Shown in pieces: positions 47,808 through 57,960 of a stretch of 64,000 nt of DNA. The position numbers were made by a program, and so were the translations under genes. The stretch covers positions 224,001 to 288,000 of the forward strand of contig CAVVPN010000003.1 in the NCBI GenBank assembly GCA_963750165.1, written 5' to 3'. Within the stretch, counting starts at the first letter, position 1; each line of letters opens with the position of its first letter. This DNA comes from an uncultured Gemmataceae bacterium (GTDB lineage: Bacteria; Planctomycetota; Planctomycetia; Gemmatales; Gemmataceae). The notes under the pieces were generated by a model that saw only the letters and a program-made list of their open reading frames with translations, searched no databases and had not been told where the DNA came from.

Positions 47808-50780
47808 ATGACCGCACTGACCCTCGCCGTGGTTCTGGAATACTTGCGCACGGACTGTGCCGCCCAGGAACTGGAGCCGTTAACCGACGGCCAGCTGCTG
47901 GAGCGGTTCCTGACCGCCCGGGACGAGGCCGCGTTCGCCACGCTGGTGTACCGGCACGGGGGGATGGTCCTGGGCGTTTGCCGGCGTGTGCTGAGCGACG
48001 GCCACTTCGTTGAGGACGCCTTTCAGGCCACGTTCCTGGTGCTCGTCCGCCGGGCCGCCGCGATCCGCCGCGACGCGCCGCTGGGGCCGTGGCTTTACGG
48101 CGTGGCCCAGCGCGTGGCCCTCAAGGCGCGGGCCAGGACGGCGGCACGCCAGAGCCGGCAGCGGGAGTTAACAGACATGCCGAACACCGAACCGCTTGAC
48201 GAGCGGACCTGGCAGGAGTTGCGCCCGGTCCTGGACGAGGAGGTCGGCCGCCTGCCGGAGAAGTGCCGGGCGCCGATCGTGCTGTGCTACTTCGAGGGCA
48301 AGAGCTACGACCAGGCCGCGCAGGAGCTGGGCTGGCCGAAAAGCTCGCTGGCGAGCCGGCTGGCGAAGGGCCGCGAACTGCTGCGGCAGCGCCTGGTGCA
48401 GCGCGGCATCACCCTGTCGATGGGGGCGCTCACGACGGCGCTGGCCGAGAAGGCGGCAGGGGTTGCCGTGGCCGCACTGCTGACCATTAACACCGCGAAA
48501 GCGGCGACAAGTGTCGCTGCCGGTAAGACCGTGGCCGGAGGCGTTCTGTTGGCACAGGCGCTCGCTCTGGCGGAGGAAGCCATGAAGACCATGATCGGCA
48601 TCAAGGGGAAACTGGCGGCGCTGCTGCTGGCGCTGAGCCTGGCCGTGGGCGCGGGGCTGGCCGGCTACGCCGCCTGGGTGGAGCAACCGCCGCCCAGGCC
48701 GGAGGAGGGCCGAGCGTCCGTGGCCCAGAAGCAGCCCGGCAAGAAAGACGCGGCCGGCGGCGTCGCCAGGGACCGCTTCGGCGACCCGCTCCCCAAGGGC
48801 GCCGTGGCGCGGCTGGGAACCATACGCTTCCGTCACGGCGACAACGCGACGGCCCTCGCCTATTCGCCGGACGGCAAATGGCTGGCTTCGACTTCCCCGT
48901 CATTGAGTGTTTCAAGGAATGGCTCGCTCCACCTCCTGGAAGCCGACACCGGCAGAGTCGTAGTGAGTTTTAGCCTCTACATGGGCCTCGCTTCGGATTC
49001 CGGTGCGCTGGCATTCTCGCCCGATAGCAAGACGTTCGTCACCGGCGGCGCCGCGATTATTGATGTGGCTACGGGCAAGCCCCGGCGGCCGCTCCCGAGC
49101 AGGGATAAGGCATTGCTCGCTAACTTCATCGACGGCTGTTCCCCGGATGGCAAGCTAGTGGCCCGGCAGCAGTTGACCAAGGAGACGGGGGTCATCCTCA
49201 TTGACGCCGCCACGGGCGAGGAACTGCGCCCGATCAAGTGGGGCGACAAACCAATCCCTCCAACCGTTTTCGGGATGCAGGGCGGGCCCGACGGAAGCAT
49301 ACGGAACCAATTCGACCTCGCCCGGCCGACCTTTTCGCCCGACGGGAAGATCCTGGCCACGGCAAGTCCGAACGACAAGGTGATCCGCCTTTGGAATGTG
49401 GACACTGGCAAGGAACTGCACAAACTCCAGGGCCATGAGCAGACCCCGAGGCACCTGGCGTTTTCCCCCGACGGCAAGATGCTGGCTTCTACCGGGGCGG
49501 ATGAAAGATTGATCCGGCTTTGGAACCCACAAACAGGGAAAGCGTTGCGCGAGATCAAACTGGACGTCCCGCTGATCGGGGTCCACTTCGCGCCGGGCGG
49601 CAAGCTCCTGGCGACCGATCCCGAGAGCAGCACGGTCCGCCTATTTGACCCCGGCAGCGGCAAGGAGTTGCGCCGGTGGCAGATGCCGTGCGCGTGCGTG
49701 GCCTTCTCCCCCGACGGCAAGATACTCGCCTCGGCGGGAAAGGATGATCACGTTCTCCATCGCTGGGACGTCAGCACGGGCCGGAGCCTCGATGACCCGG
49801 AGCGCGCTCATACCTTCGCCGTCGCCGCGCTCCGGTTTGCGCCCGACGGCCAGACGCTCTTTTCCCTCGACGCGGGCCCCACCGCATTGGCGTGGGACTT
49901 GAAGACGCTGCGCGATCGCAACGCCACCTTCGGCGGCCCGGTCGGGTCCGTGAAAAAACCTCTGATCGGTGGCATCACCGCCACCCATGAACTCAAGCTC
50001 TCGCCCACCGGCAAGGTCGCGGCCGTGGTTCGAGGGCGGGGTGCACGATCGGTGTACCTCTGCGATGTCGAAACGGGGAAGGATTTGCACGTTCTGCCCA
50101 ACGAATCCAGACCGGGCCACACCAACTACGCCGAATTCTCGCCGGACGGAAAGATCCTGTCGCTGCGCTGCGCGGATGGGCTGAAGTTGTGGGACGTGGC
50201 CACGGGCAAACCCCTGCCACTTCCCCTCTTGCCGGTGGCCTTCGTGCACGCCTGGTCCGGCGACGGGAAACTCATCGCGACCCTTGACTTCGAGAACTCC
50301 CCATCAGCGAAAGGTGCGAGCATCGTTCACCTTTGCGAAGTCGCCACGGGGAAGGAAATTCGCCGTTTTCAATCCAAGCCCACTGTTACCGTCTCCGGCC
50401 TCGCGTTATCGTCCGACGGCAAGGCGCTGGCGCTTTACACCTCCTCCGAGTTGGTTGTCTTCGACACCGCGACCGGTAAGAGGACGGAATTTCCCAAGGC
50501 GGATTTCGCAGGTGCGGACAAGCCAATGTATCGCGTGGACAAGGTTGTCTTTTCTCCGAGCGGGGAACGCCTCGCCGCGGCGATCCATGAAACCATCCAG
50601 CTCTTTGACGTGCGTACAGGCCAGCTCATCCGCGAGTTCCACGCCGGCTCCCGTATCGCGTCGCTACGGTTCTCTCCCGACGGCCGGGTCCTGGCGTCGG
50701 CCGGAGCCGACACCACCATTTTGCTCTGGGACGTGGCGCCGTCGAGCGCGGCAAGATCGAGCCGAAAAAGCAACCGGTGA
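47808..50780 (+). CDS. ECF sigma factor fused through TM segments to a WD40 beta-propeller
   Basis: DGQLLERF, AFATLVYRHG.MV..VCRR, EDAFQATFLVL, region 4 RLPEK.R.PIVLCY.EG; TM; many FSPDGK repeats. Confidence 0.92.
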   Translation: MTALTLAVVLEYLRTDCAAQELEPLTDGQLLERFLTARDEAAFATLVYRHGGMVLGVCRRVLSDGHFVEDAFQATFLVLVRRAAAIRRDAPLGPWLYGVAQRVALKARARTAARQSRQRELTDMPNTEPLDERTWQELRPVLDEEVGRLPEKCRAPIVLCYFEGKSYDQAAQELGWPKSSLASRLAKGRELLRQRLVQRGITLSMGALTTALAEKAAGVAVAALLTINTAKAATSVAAGKTVAGGVLLAQALALAEEAMKTMIGIKGKLAALLLALSLAVGAGLAGYAAWVEQPPPRPEEGRASVAQKQPGKKDAAGGVARDRFGDPLPKGAVARLGTIRFRHGDNATALAYSPDGKWLASTSPSLSVSRNGSLHLLEADTGRVVVSFSLYMGLASDSGALAFSPDSKTFVTGGAAIIDVATGKPRRPLPSRDKALLANFIDGCSPDGKLVARQQLTKETGVILIDAATGEELRPIKWGDKPIPPTVFGMQGGPDGSIRNQFDLARPTFSPDGKILATASPNDKVIRLWNVDTGKELHKLQGHEQTPRHLAFSPDGKMLASTGADERLIRLWNPQTGKALREIKLDVPLIGVHFAPGGKLLATDPESSTVRLFDPGSGKELRRWQMPCACVAFSPDGKILASAGKDDHVLHRWDVSTGRSLDDPERAHTFAVAALRFAPDGQTLFSLDAGPTALAWDLKTLRDRNATFGGPVGSVKKPLIGGITATHELKLSPTGKVAAVVRGRGARSVYLCDVETGKDLHVLPNESRPGHTNYAEFSPDGKILSLRCADGLKLWDVATGKPLPLPLLPVAFVHAWSGDGKLIATLDFENSPSAKGASIVHLCEVATGKEIRRFQSKPTVTVSGLALSSDGKALALYTSSELVVFDTATGKRTEFPKADFAGADKPMYRVDKVVFSPSGERLAAAIHETIQLFDVRTGQLIREFHAGSRIASLRFSPDGRVLASAGADTTILLWDVAPSSAARSSRKSNR

Positions 50781-50899
50781 GGCAATGCCGCCAGGCAGCC
50801 TCCGCACCGGCCCGGCAAGGCCCCGGCGTCCGGCCTGCGCGCCGACCAGCCTGCTTTTTCACGATTCCGCAGACCGCTTCCTCAAGGGAGATTCCAACC

Positions 50900-53116
50900 A
50901 TGTTATTCCATTCCTGGGTGCATACACTGCGATCCGTTCTCACCCGCCGCAGGACCAAGGACCGGCACGGGCAAACACCGCTCCGACGACCGCTGGGACG
51001 TTGGCGGCCGTGCCTCGAAGCGCTGGAGGACCGCACCGTGCCGTCCATCGCTGGGAGCCTCGACCCCACCTTCGGCGCGGGTGGGAAAGTCCTCACGGAT
51101 TTCGGCGGCAGTCTTTCCAACGCGACCAGTACAGCGATCCAGTCCGACGGCAAGATCGTCGTGGCAGGAACCGCCGTCAACAGCGCGAGCGATAACTCTA
51201 AATTCGCGGTGGCCCGCTACAACAGCGACGGCAGCCTGGACGCCACCTTCAACGGCACCGGCAAAGTCCTGACGGACTTCCCCTCCCAGCTCAGATTTGC
51301 GTTTGCGAGCAGCGTCGCGATCGAATCCGACGGCAAGATTATCGTGGTGGGCCAGTTTGATCGCATCGGAGGCTACGACGGGGTGGTGGTCCGTTACAAC
51401 GGCGACGGCAGTCTGGACACCACCTTCAACGGCACAGGCGAAGTCACCACCCGCTTCGCCAACTGCTTCTACGATGAGAATACTGGAGTCGCCATCCAGT
51501 CCGACGGTAAGATCGTCGTGGCGGGCGAGACCGCAGACGGAACCAACTCGTGGGGCTACGTGGTCCGCTACAACGCAGACGGGAGCCAGGACACGACTCT
51601 CAACGCCTCCCTCGTCCAGTCGGATGATGTGTCCGGCCTCGCCATCCAATCCGACGGCAAGATCGTCGTGGCGGGATCGAGATTCGTCAACGGTGGTGAT
51701 TTCGATTTCGCGGTGGTCCGCTACGACAGCGACGGCAGTTTGGACACCACGTTCAATGGCACTGGCCAAAAGCTCATTGACTTTGGCGTCGAGAGCCTCG
51801 CGAATAGCCTGGCCATCCAACCCGACGGCAAGATTGTCGTGGCGGGATATGATCTTCCCGCCGTGGGCCCCGTGATCCCCTCCGTGAGCTTCGCCGTGGC
51901 CCGCTGCAACAGTGATGGGAGCCTGGACGCCACCTTCAACGGCACCGGGGAGGTCACCACCGACTTCGGCAGCGCCCAGTCCATGGCCACCGGCGTGGCC
52001 ATCCAGTCCGACGGCAGAATCGTCGTGGCGGGCTACACCCAAGACGCCCCCTTCGCCCAGAAATTCGCGCTGGCGCAGTACAACCCCGATGGGAGCCTGG
52101 ACACCAACTTCAACGACACGGGCGAGGTCACTACGGCCGTCGGCGGCGGCAATTCCACCGCTGCGAGCCTGGCCATCCAGTCCGACGGCAATATTGTCGT
52201 CGCAGGGGATGGAGCAAACGACGGCGCAGGCGCCAGTGATTTCGCCGTGGCGCGGTACCTCGACCCGCTGACCTTCATGGCGAACAGCCTCGATTCCAGC
52301 GGCTCCGGTTCGCTGGGGCAATACGTGCAGGAGAACAACCAGCTCGGCGGGGGCAACGTCATCCTCCTGCAGACCAGCGCCGGCTTCACGCCCGCGGCTG
52401 TCATCCAGGCTGTCAACGCGCTAACCGGCGTCAGCCAGCCGGTCACCATCGTCCTGGACCTCGGCGGCGGCACCTACTCCACCAACGGCGTCGTCTATGG
52501 CCCCAGCGACCCCACCACTGCACAGAATGTGACCTGGATCGTCCAAAATGGCGTGCTTGACCCGAGCCTTCCTGCCCTGACGGTGGGAGGCGGCCATGTG
52601 ATCGTCCAGAACTGCACCCTGACCACAACCGGGGACGCTCCGACCATCCTGGTCACCGGCGGCAACCTGACCCTGCAGAACGACATCGTACAGGAATCGA
52701 CCGGCTACAACGACGCGGCCATCAAGATCACCGGCGGTTCGCTGGACCTGGCGGGGGGAAACACTCTCAACCTCAACGGGGCCGGCCAGTTTATCGTCAG
52801 CACGGGGCCAAGCCTCGTGACGGCAGCCGGCACCACTTACCAGATCAATGGCGTCACGCTACCGACCAACGAGATCGACGATCTCATCGCGCAGGTCGCC
52901 ACGCTCAACCTGAACAGCGGGCAGCAGAACAGCCTGACGAGCACGTTGCAGGCGGCCGAGCAGTCCTTGCTACGGGCCAACACCACAGCGGCGGTCAATC
53001 AGCTCAACGCCTTCATTCACCAGGTCAACGCCCTGGTGAACAGCCACCGCCTCGGCCAGTGCAGCGCTGACGACCTGATCACGGACGTGGACAGCATCGT
53101 CAGCGACATCCCATAA
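50900..53116 (+). CDS. Planctomycete extracellular protein with seven delta-60 repeats and a FIMAH-like C-terminus
   Basis: LEALEDRTVPS motif; 7x AIQSDGKIVVAG..RYN.DGSLD.TF; C-terminal helical bundle. Confidence 0.85.
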   Translation: MLFHSWVHTLRSVLTRRRTKDRHGQTPLRRPLGRWRPCLEALEDRTVPSIAGSLDPTFGAGGKVLTDFGGSLSNATSTAIQSDGKIVVAGTAVNSASDNSKFAVARYNSDGSLDATFNGTGKVLTDFPSQLRFAFASSVAIESDGKIIVVGQFDRIGGYDGVVVRYNGDGSLDTTFNGTGEVTTRFANCFYDENTGVAIQSDGKIVVAGETADGTNSWGYVVRYNADGSQDTTLNASLVQSDDVSGLAIQSDGKIVVAGSRFVNGGDFDFAVVRYDSDGSLDTTFNGTGQKLIDFGVESLANSLAIQPDGKIVVAGYDLPAVGPVIPSVSFAVARCNSDGSLDATFNGTGEVTTDFGSAQSMATGVAIQSDGRIVVAGYTQDAPFAQKFALAQYNPDGSLDTNFNDTGEVTTAVGGGNSTAASLAIQSDGNIVVAGDGANDGAGASDFAVARYLDPLTFMANSLDSSGSGSLGQYVQENNQLGGGNVILLQTSAGFTPAAVIQAVNALTGVSQPVTIVLDLGGGTYSTNGVVYGPSDPTTAQNVTWIVQNGVLDPSLPALTVGGGHVIVQNCTLTTTGDAPTILVTGGNLTLQNDIVQESTGYNDAAIKITGGSLDLAGGNTLNLNGAGQFIVSTGPSLVTAAGTTYQINGVTLPTNEIDDLIAQVATLNLNSGQQNSLTSTLQAAEQSLLRANTTAAVNQLNAFIHQVNALVNSHRLGQCSADDLITDVDSIVSDIP

Positions 53117-53251
53117 CCGAACCCGGTGGGGCGGCGCCCGCGGGCGCCGCTCCAGCCATTTTTCCATTTTCTAGAATTTCGATATCTTTTTGCTCGACCC
53201 CAGTTTAGCATCATGCGCTGGAAATCGCCCCAACACCAGGAACCCTTCGCC

Positions 53252-55484
53252 ATGTCACGCCTCCGCTTCCTCCTGACGTTCGCGCTGCTGACCGTGGCGG
53301 CCGATGCCACTGTCGCCCAGGGCCAGCCCCCCGCCAAGGACCCGCACGGCGACCCGTTGCCCGCAGGGGCCGTCGCCCGCCTGGGTACGATCCGCTTCCG
53401 CCACGAGGGCACCATCCTGTACGCCGCCTTCCTGAAGGACGGCAAACGTGTCTTTTCCGTCGGCAGCGACGGCACCGCCTGTGTCTGGGAATTTCCCTCG
53501 GGCAAACGGCTCCACTTTTTTGAAACGCACCCCGCGAAGGAGCGACTTGCTGGAACGGCGGTCCGCCTCACGAGCACGTCGCTGTCGCCGGACGGCAAGC
53601 ACCTGACCGCGTTCAGCAGCGACGGGTTCCTGCACATTTTTGACCTGGTCAACGCCAAACAACTCGGCAAGGTGGCCAACGCAATCGAACCCGCGGCCGG
53701 CCCGGATCGCTACGTGAGCCCGAGCGGCCTCGTACGGGCGTCGCGCTCACGCTACCTCCAGGGCCAGCAAAGCCCCGTTTACTCGCCCGACTCCAAAACC
53801 CTCCTGCTAACGGGATCGTCCCGGGTGCTGCAATTTGTGGACCTCGCCACCGCCAGGGAAGTGGGCCCGCCGGTGGGCCACGCCGTGGCGCTGACCGCGG
53901 TCCGGTTCACGCCCGACGGCCGGCAACTGTTGACGAAGGACGACCAGACGATCCGCAGATGGGACGCCGCCACCAGGAAGCTGCTGGGGGCGATGACCCC
54001 AAAACTGCCTCCCAGCGCGGGGGTCGCGCCGGTCTACAGCGCCGATGGCAAGGTCGGCGCCATGGTGGTCAACTTCGTCGATGCCTGGGGGCCGGGCATG
54101 GGGGGCCCGGGAGGCTTCGGGGGCGTCATGTCGCAGAAGGTCGTCCTGTTCGACGCCGTCGCCGGCAAGGCCCTCGGTGAGATCGCCCTGGAGCAGGACA
54201 ACGGCCCAGGGTTCGGCCCCATCAATCGCAGCAGGCCCCTGCTGCTGTCGCCCGACGGCAAACTACTGGCGGTCAGCCTCGGTAGCGACAACAACGGCAA
54301 GGAGCGGATTGGCTGTTACGAGGTCCCCAGCGGGAAGTTGCTGCACACCCTCGACGTCGGTGTCGCGGCCAACGCGAAGCAACCCGGGAAACTACCCGCC
54401 CGGCTTCGGTTCGCCGCCGCCACGCAGCGGCTGTTGTTTGCGCCCAACGGCCAGGTGCTCGCCGTGCAACCCGCCACGGGGGCCGCGGTGTTGCTGTTCG
54501 ACACCACGACCGGCAAAACCATCGTCTCGATCCCCCCCACGAAGGAGAGCGCACGGCCATGCTGGGCATCTTCTCACCGGACCAGCGCTGTCTCGCCCTG
54601 GCCAGGAAGGACGGCGCGGTGACGCTGTACGAAATTGCCACCGGGCAGCCGCGCCGCACGTTCGGACACAAACTGACCCCGGCGGTCAAGGATGATTTGC
54701 CAGACGATATGTATTACACTCCGTACTATGCCCTGCCCCAGGCCAAATCAGAGGGGAATTTCGCCCTCTCGCCGGACGGTCGGTTGCTGGCCCTCGCCGG
54801 CGCCGACGGCAGCATTCCCGTGCTGGATGCGTTCACCGGCAAGGAGTTGGCCCACTTCCGGGGCCACACCGGGGTCGTCAACGCCCTGGCGTTCGCCCCC
54901 GACGGCAAGACGCTGGTTTCGGCCAGCGCGGACACCACCGCCCTGGTCTGGGACGTGAGCAAGCTCAAGCGTCTTACGGCGGCCGCCAAGGCGCCGTCTC
55001 CGGCGGAGCTGACGGCCTGGTGGCAGGCCCTGGCCGATAGTGACAGCGGCAAGGCTTTCGCGGTGATGGGCGACTTCGTGGCTGCGCCAAACAGGCCGTG
55101 GCCTTTCTCCGGGAGCAGGTCAAACCAGCCGCGCTGCCCGCCCCGAAACGCCTCGCGGAATTGTTCGCGCAACTGGACGACAAGTCCTTCAAGGTACGCG
55201 ACAGGGCCACCCGGGAGTTGCTTGCGGTCGGCGATTTGCTAGTGCCCGTCCTCGACAAGGCGTTGGCCGCCAATCCGCCGCGGGAAGTCCGGCAGCGCAT
55301 GGAAACCCTGCGCGACAAGCTGACGAGCCCGCTCCTGCAGGGTGAACGGCTGCGCGGCGTCCGGGCGGTGGAACTCCTGGAGTGCATCGGCACGCCGGAA
55401 GCCCGACAGCTGCTGCAAGCGCTGGCCAAGGGCGCGCCTGGGTCGCTGGTCACTACCAACGCTCAGGCGGCGTTGAAACGATGA
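53252..55484 (+). CDS. Exported WD40-repeat protein with helical C-terminus (frameshifts near 54550 and 55090)
   Basis: Signal peptide, DPHGDPLPAGAVARLG, SPDGK repeats, RAVELLE.IGTPEAR..L..LA.GAP. Confidence 0.8.
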
Positions 55485-55585
55485 GCGAACCGCCTTCCGT
55501 AGTGCGAGCGGCCCGCACTACGGAAGTGCAAGCTCACCGTTTGCCGTGCCGCATCAGCGCCAGCAGCCCCTGAATGTGGCAGCGG

Positions 55586-57808
55586 CTACTTCACCTTCAG
55601 CGTGTACGGCCCCGCGGTCTTCGGGGCGAACGACGTGACAATGATGCGGTAATAGCCGTCCGCCGGTGCGTCGAAGACGATGCGGGCGTTGGGGTAGCCG
55701 CCGCCGTCGTCGTCCTGGGCCAGCTGCTTGCCCTGGGCGTCCTCCAGGCGCAGGAAATTGTCCCACGGCGCAATCAGGTCGATGGTGTAGCGCTGGCCGG
55801 CCTTCATGAAATAGGTGTGAACCACGGCGTAGTGCCCGACGCGCACCTTGTCGGTCGGGTCGCCCGGCGTGAGGACGCCCTGGACCTCGAAGCCCTTCTG
55901 CTTGGGGTCGGCGTTGATCTGCGTCAGCGCCGCCGCGGCGAGCTTGCGCACGTTGTCATCGCCGTCCTGCGTCGCCTTCTTGAGGGCGTCCGCGGCGGCC
56001 TTGGCGTCGGGGCCGATGTTGCCCAGGGCGCGGGCGGCGTTCAGGCGCGTGCGCGGTTGCGCGTCGGCCAGCGCCCGGATCAACTCCGGCACCGCATCCT
56101 TCGCGCGCGGCCCGACCATCGCCAGCGCCTGCACGCACACCAAACGCAGGCCGGGCGCTTTTTCGTTGCGGAGCAGCGTTGCCAGGTCGCTGACCGACTC
56201 CGGCCCGATCTGGAAGAAAATCTCCGCCCCCTGGTCGTGCAGGTTGGTGTCCTTGTGGCGCAGCACCTTGAGCGCCACCGGCAGCAGCGTTTTGGCGTCC
56301 GCGACCTTGCGGAGCGTCTGCAGCGCCTGGGCGCGGACGGCGTCGTCGCGGTCGTCCAGGGCGGCCGTCAGCGCCGGCACCGCCCTGGCCGCCTTGGGGC
56401 CGTAGGGGGCGATGGCCTCCGCGGCCTGACGGCGGACACTGGCCACGTCATTCTTGAGCCCTTCGAGGAAGATCGGCAGCACCTCGTCCGCCTTGAGACC
56501 GCGGTTGGCCAGGGAGTAGGCCGCCTGCATGCGCAGGGCCGCGTTCTTCTCCTTGAGCCCCGCCACCAGCACCGGCTCGGCCAGGGCGATCTCCACGCCC
56601 AGCGCGGTCATGAGGCTGGCGGTGGGAATGCGGATGGCCGGGTTGGTGTGGGCCAGCGCCTTCTTCAGGCCGGGCCGCGGGTCGGCGCCCAGGCCGGTCA
56701 GCACGTGGAACGCCTCGACACGCAGCTTCGGGTCCAGGTCCACCAACAGGCCGCTGACATACGGCTCGGCCAACTTGGCGCCGGTGCCCATGCCACGCAG
56801 CGCCTGCAGGGCGGCGAACTTCACCTGTGAATCCGCGTCCTTGAGAGCGTAGCCCAGGCCGATGACGACCATCTTGTCGCGCACCTGCAAAGCGCCGAGC
56901 AGGCCGGCGGCGGTGCGGCGCACGTCGGTGTATTTGGCGCCCAGCAGGTCCACGAGGGCGGGCACCGCGGGAGCGCCGATCTTGTGCAGCGACCGCAGCG
57001 CCAGACCGCGGACGGCAGCGTCCTCATTGCCGGCAGCCGCGGTCAGCACCCGGACGGCCCTGGCGCCGATGCCGGCCAGGGCGTCCGCGGCCGGCTCGGC
57101 GGCGCCCTTCGCCGGCTCCAGCAGCAGGGCTTTCAGCTGGGGGATGGCCGACTCCGCGGCGGGGCCGATGTCGCCGAGGGTCTTGATCGCCAGGTTGCGC
57201 AGGGCCGCCTTGTCGCTGTCGAGGACTTTTACCAGGACGGGCACTGCCGCCGGACCCAGCTGCGGCAGCGCCGCGGCCGCCGCCTGACGCACGTCTTCGT
57301 CCTTGTCTTCCAGCGCCTTGACCAGCGCGGCGACGGCCGGCCCTGGATCGGGGTTGATGCGGCCCAGGGCGAACACGGCCTTGCGCCGCACTGATGCCGC
57401 CGGGTCAGCCAGCGCCTTGACGACCGCCGCCGTGGCTGACCGGGCCTTCGGCCCGACGAACGCCAGGCCCCAGGCGGCGTACAGGCGCACGTCCTCGTCC
57501 TTCGCGGTGAGCAGTTCGGTCAGCGGCGCCACGGCGGGCGTGCCGATCTTGCCCAGGACGATGGCTGACTGCAAGCGCGTGAATTCGTCCTTGTTCGCCA
57601 GCAGGTCGATCAGGGCCGGCGTGGCGTCCGCGGCCTTCGGGCCGAGCGCCTCCAGCGCCTGCAGAGCGGCGGTGCGCTGCGGTTCACCCTTTTTGAGATC
57701 GGCGATGAGGGCCTTGACTTTCTGGTCGCCGGCCGCGGCCGGCGCGACGGCGGCAAACGATACGCTCAGGCTGAGCAGCACGGGCACGAGCAGCGGATGG
57801 CGGCGCAT
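55586..57808 (-). CDS. Exported HEAT-repeat protein with C-terminal PPC-like domain
   Basis: Many D.D..VR..AA..L..IG repeats; DNFLRLED..G..LAQDDDGGG..NARI...GYYRI. Confidence 0.85.
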   Translation of the reverse strand: MRRHPLLVPVLLSLSVSFAAVAPAAAGDQKVKALIADLKKGEPQRTAALQALEALGPKAADATPALIDLLANKDEFTRLQSAIVLGKIGTPAVAPLTELLTAKDEDVRLYAAWGLAFVGPKARSATAAVVKALADPAASVRRKAVFALGRINPDPGPAVAALVKALEDKDEDVRQAAAAALPQLGPAAVPVLVKVLDSDKAALRNLAIKTLGDIGPAAESAIPQLKALLLEPAKGAAEPAADALAGIGARAVRVLTAAAGNEDAAVRGLALRSLHKIGAPAVPALVDLLGAKYTDVRRTAAGLLGALQVRDKMVVIGLGYALKDADSQVKFAALQALRGMGTGAKLAEPYVSGLLVDLDPKLRVEAFHVLTGLGADPRPGLKKALAHTNPAIRIPTASLMTALGVEIALAEPVLVAGLKEKNAALRMQAAYSLANRGLKADEVLPIFLEGLKNDVASVRRQAAEAIAPYGPKAARAVPALTAALDDRDDAVRAQALQTLRKVADAKTLLPVALKVLRHKDTNLHDQGAEIFFQIGPESVSDLATLLRNEKAPGLRLVCVQALAMVGPRAKDAVPELIRALADAQPRTRLNAARALGNIGPDAKAAADALKKATQDGDDNVRKLAAAALTQINADPKQKGFEVQGVLTPGDPTDKVRVGHYAVVHTYFMKAGQRYTIDLIAPWDNFLRLEDAQGKQLAQDDDGGGYPNARIVFDAPADGYYRIIVTSFAPKTAGPYTLKVK

Positions 57809-57896
57809 GGCGGACGTTCCTTCTTGAAAGCTAGGTGATGGGAAGCGCGGTTTATGTTATTGACGTACCAAGCCCCGCGGCAGTTTTTGTTTCTGG

Positions 57897-57955
57897 TCGG
57901 AGCCCGAGCGCCAGCGCGGGGCAGACTTGGCTCCGCGCTGGCGCTCGGGCTCGGA
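57897..57955. repeat. REP-like hairpin family C, copy 2
   Basis: Reverse complement of 15652-15710, including the loop. Confidence 0.8.
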
Positions 57956-57960
57956 CCCGG

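Noticed and set aside
51130..52260. Regularly spaced DNA repeats resembling a CRISPR array
   Set aside because: They are in-frame delta-60 protein repeats with codon wobble, and no cas genes are present.
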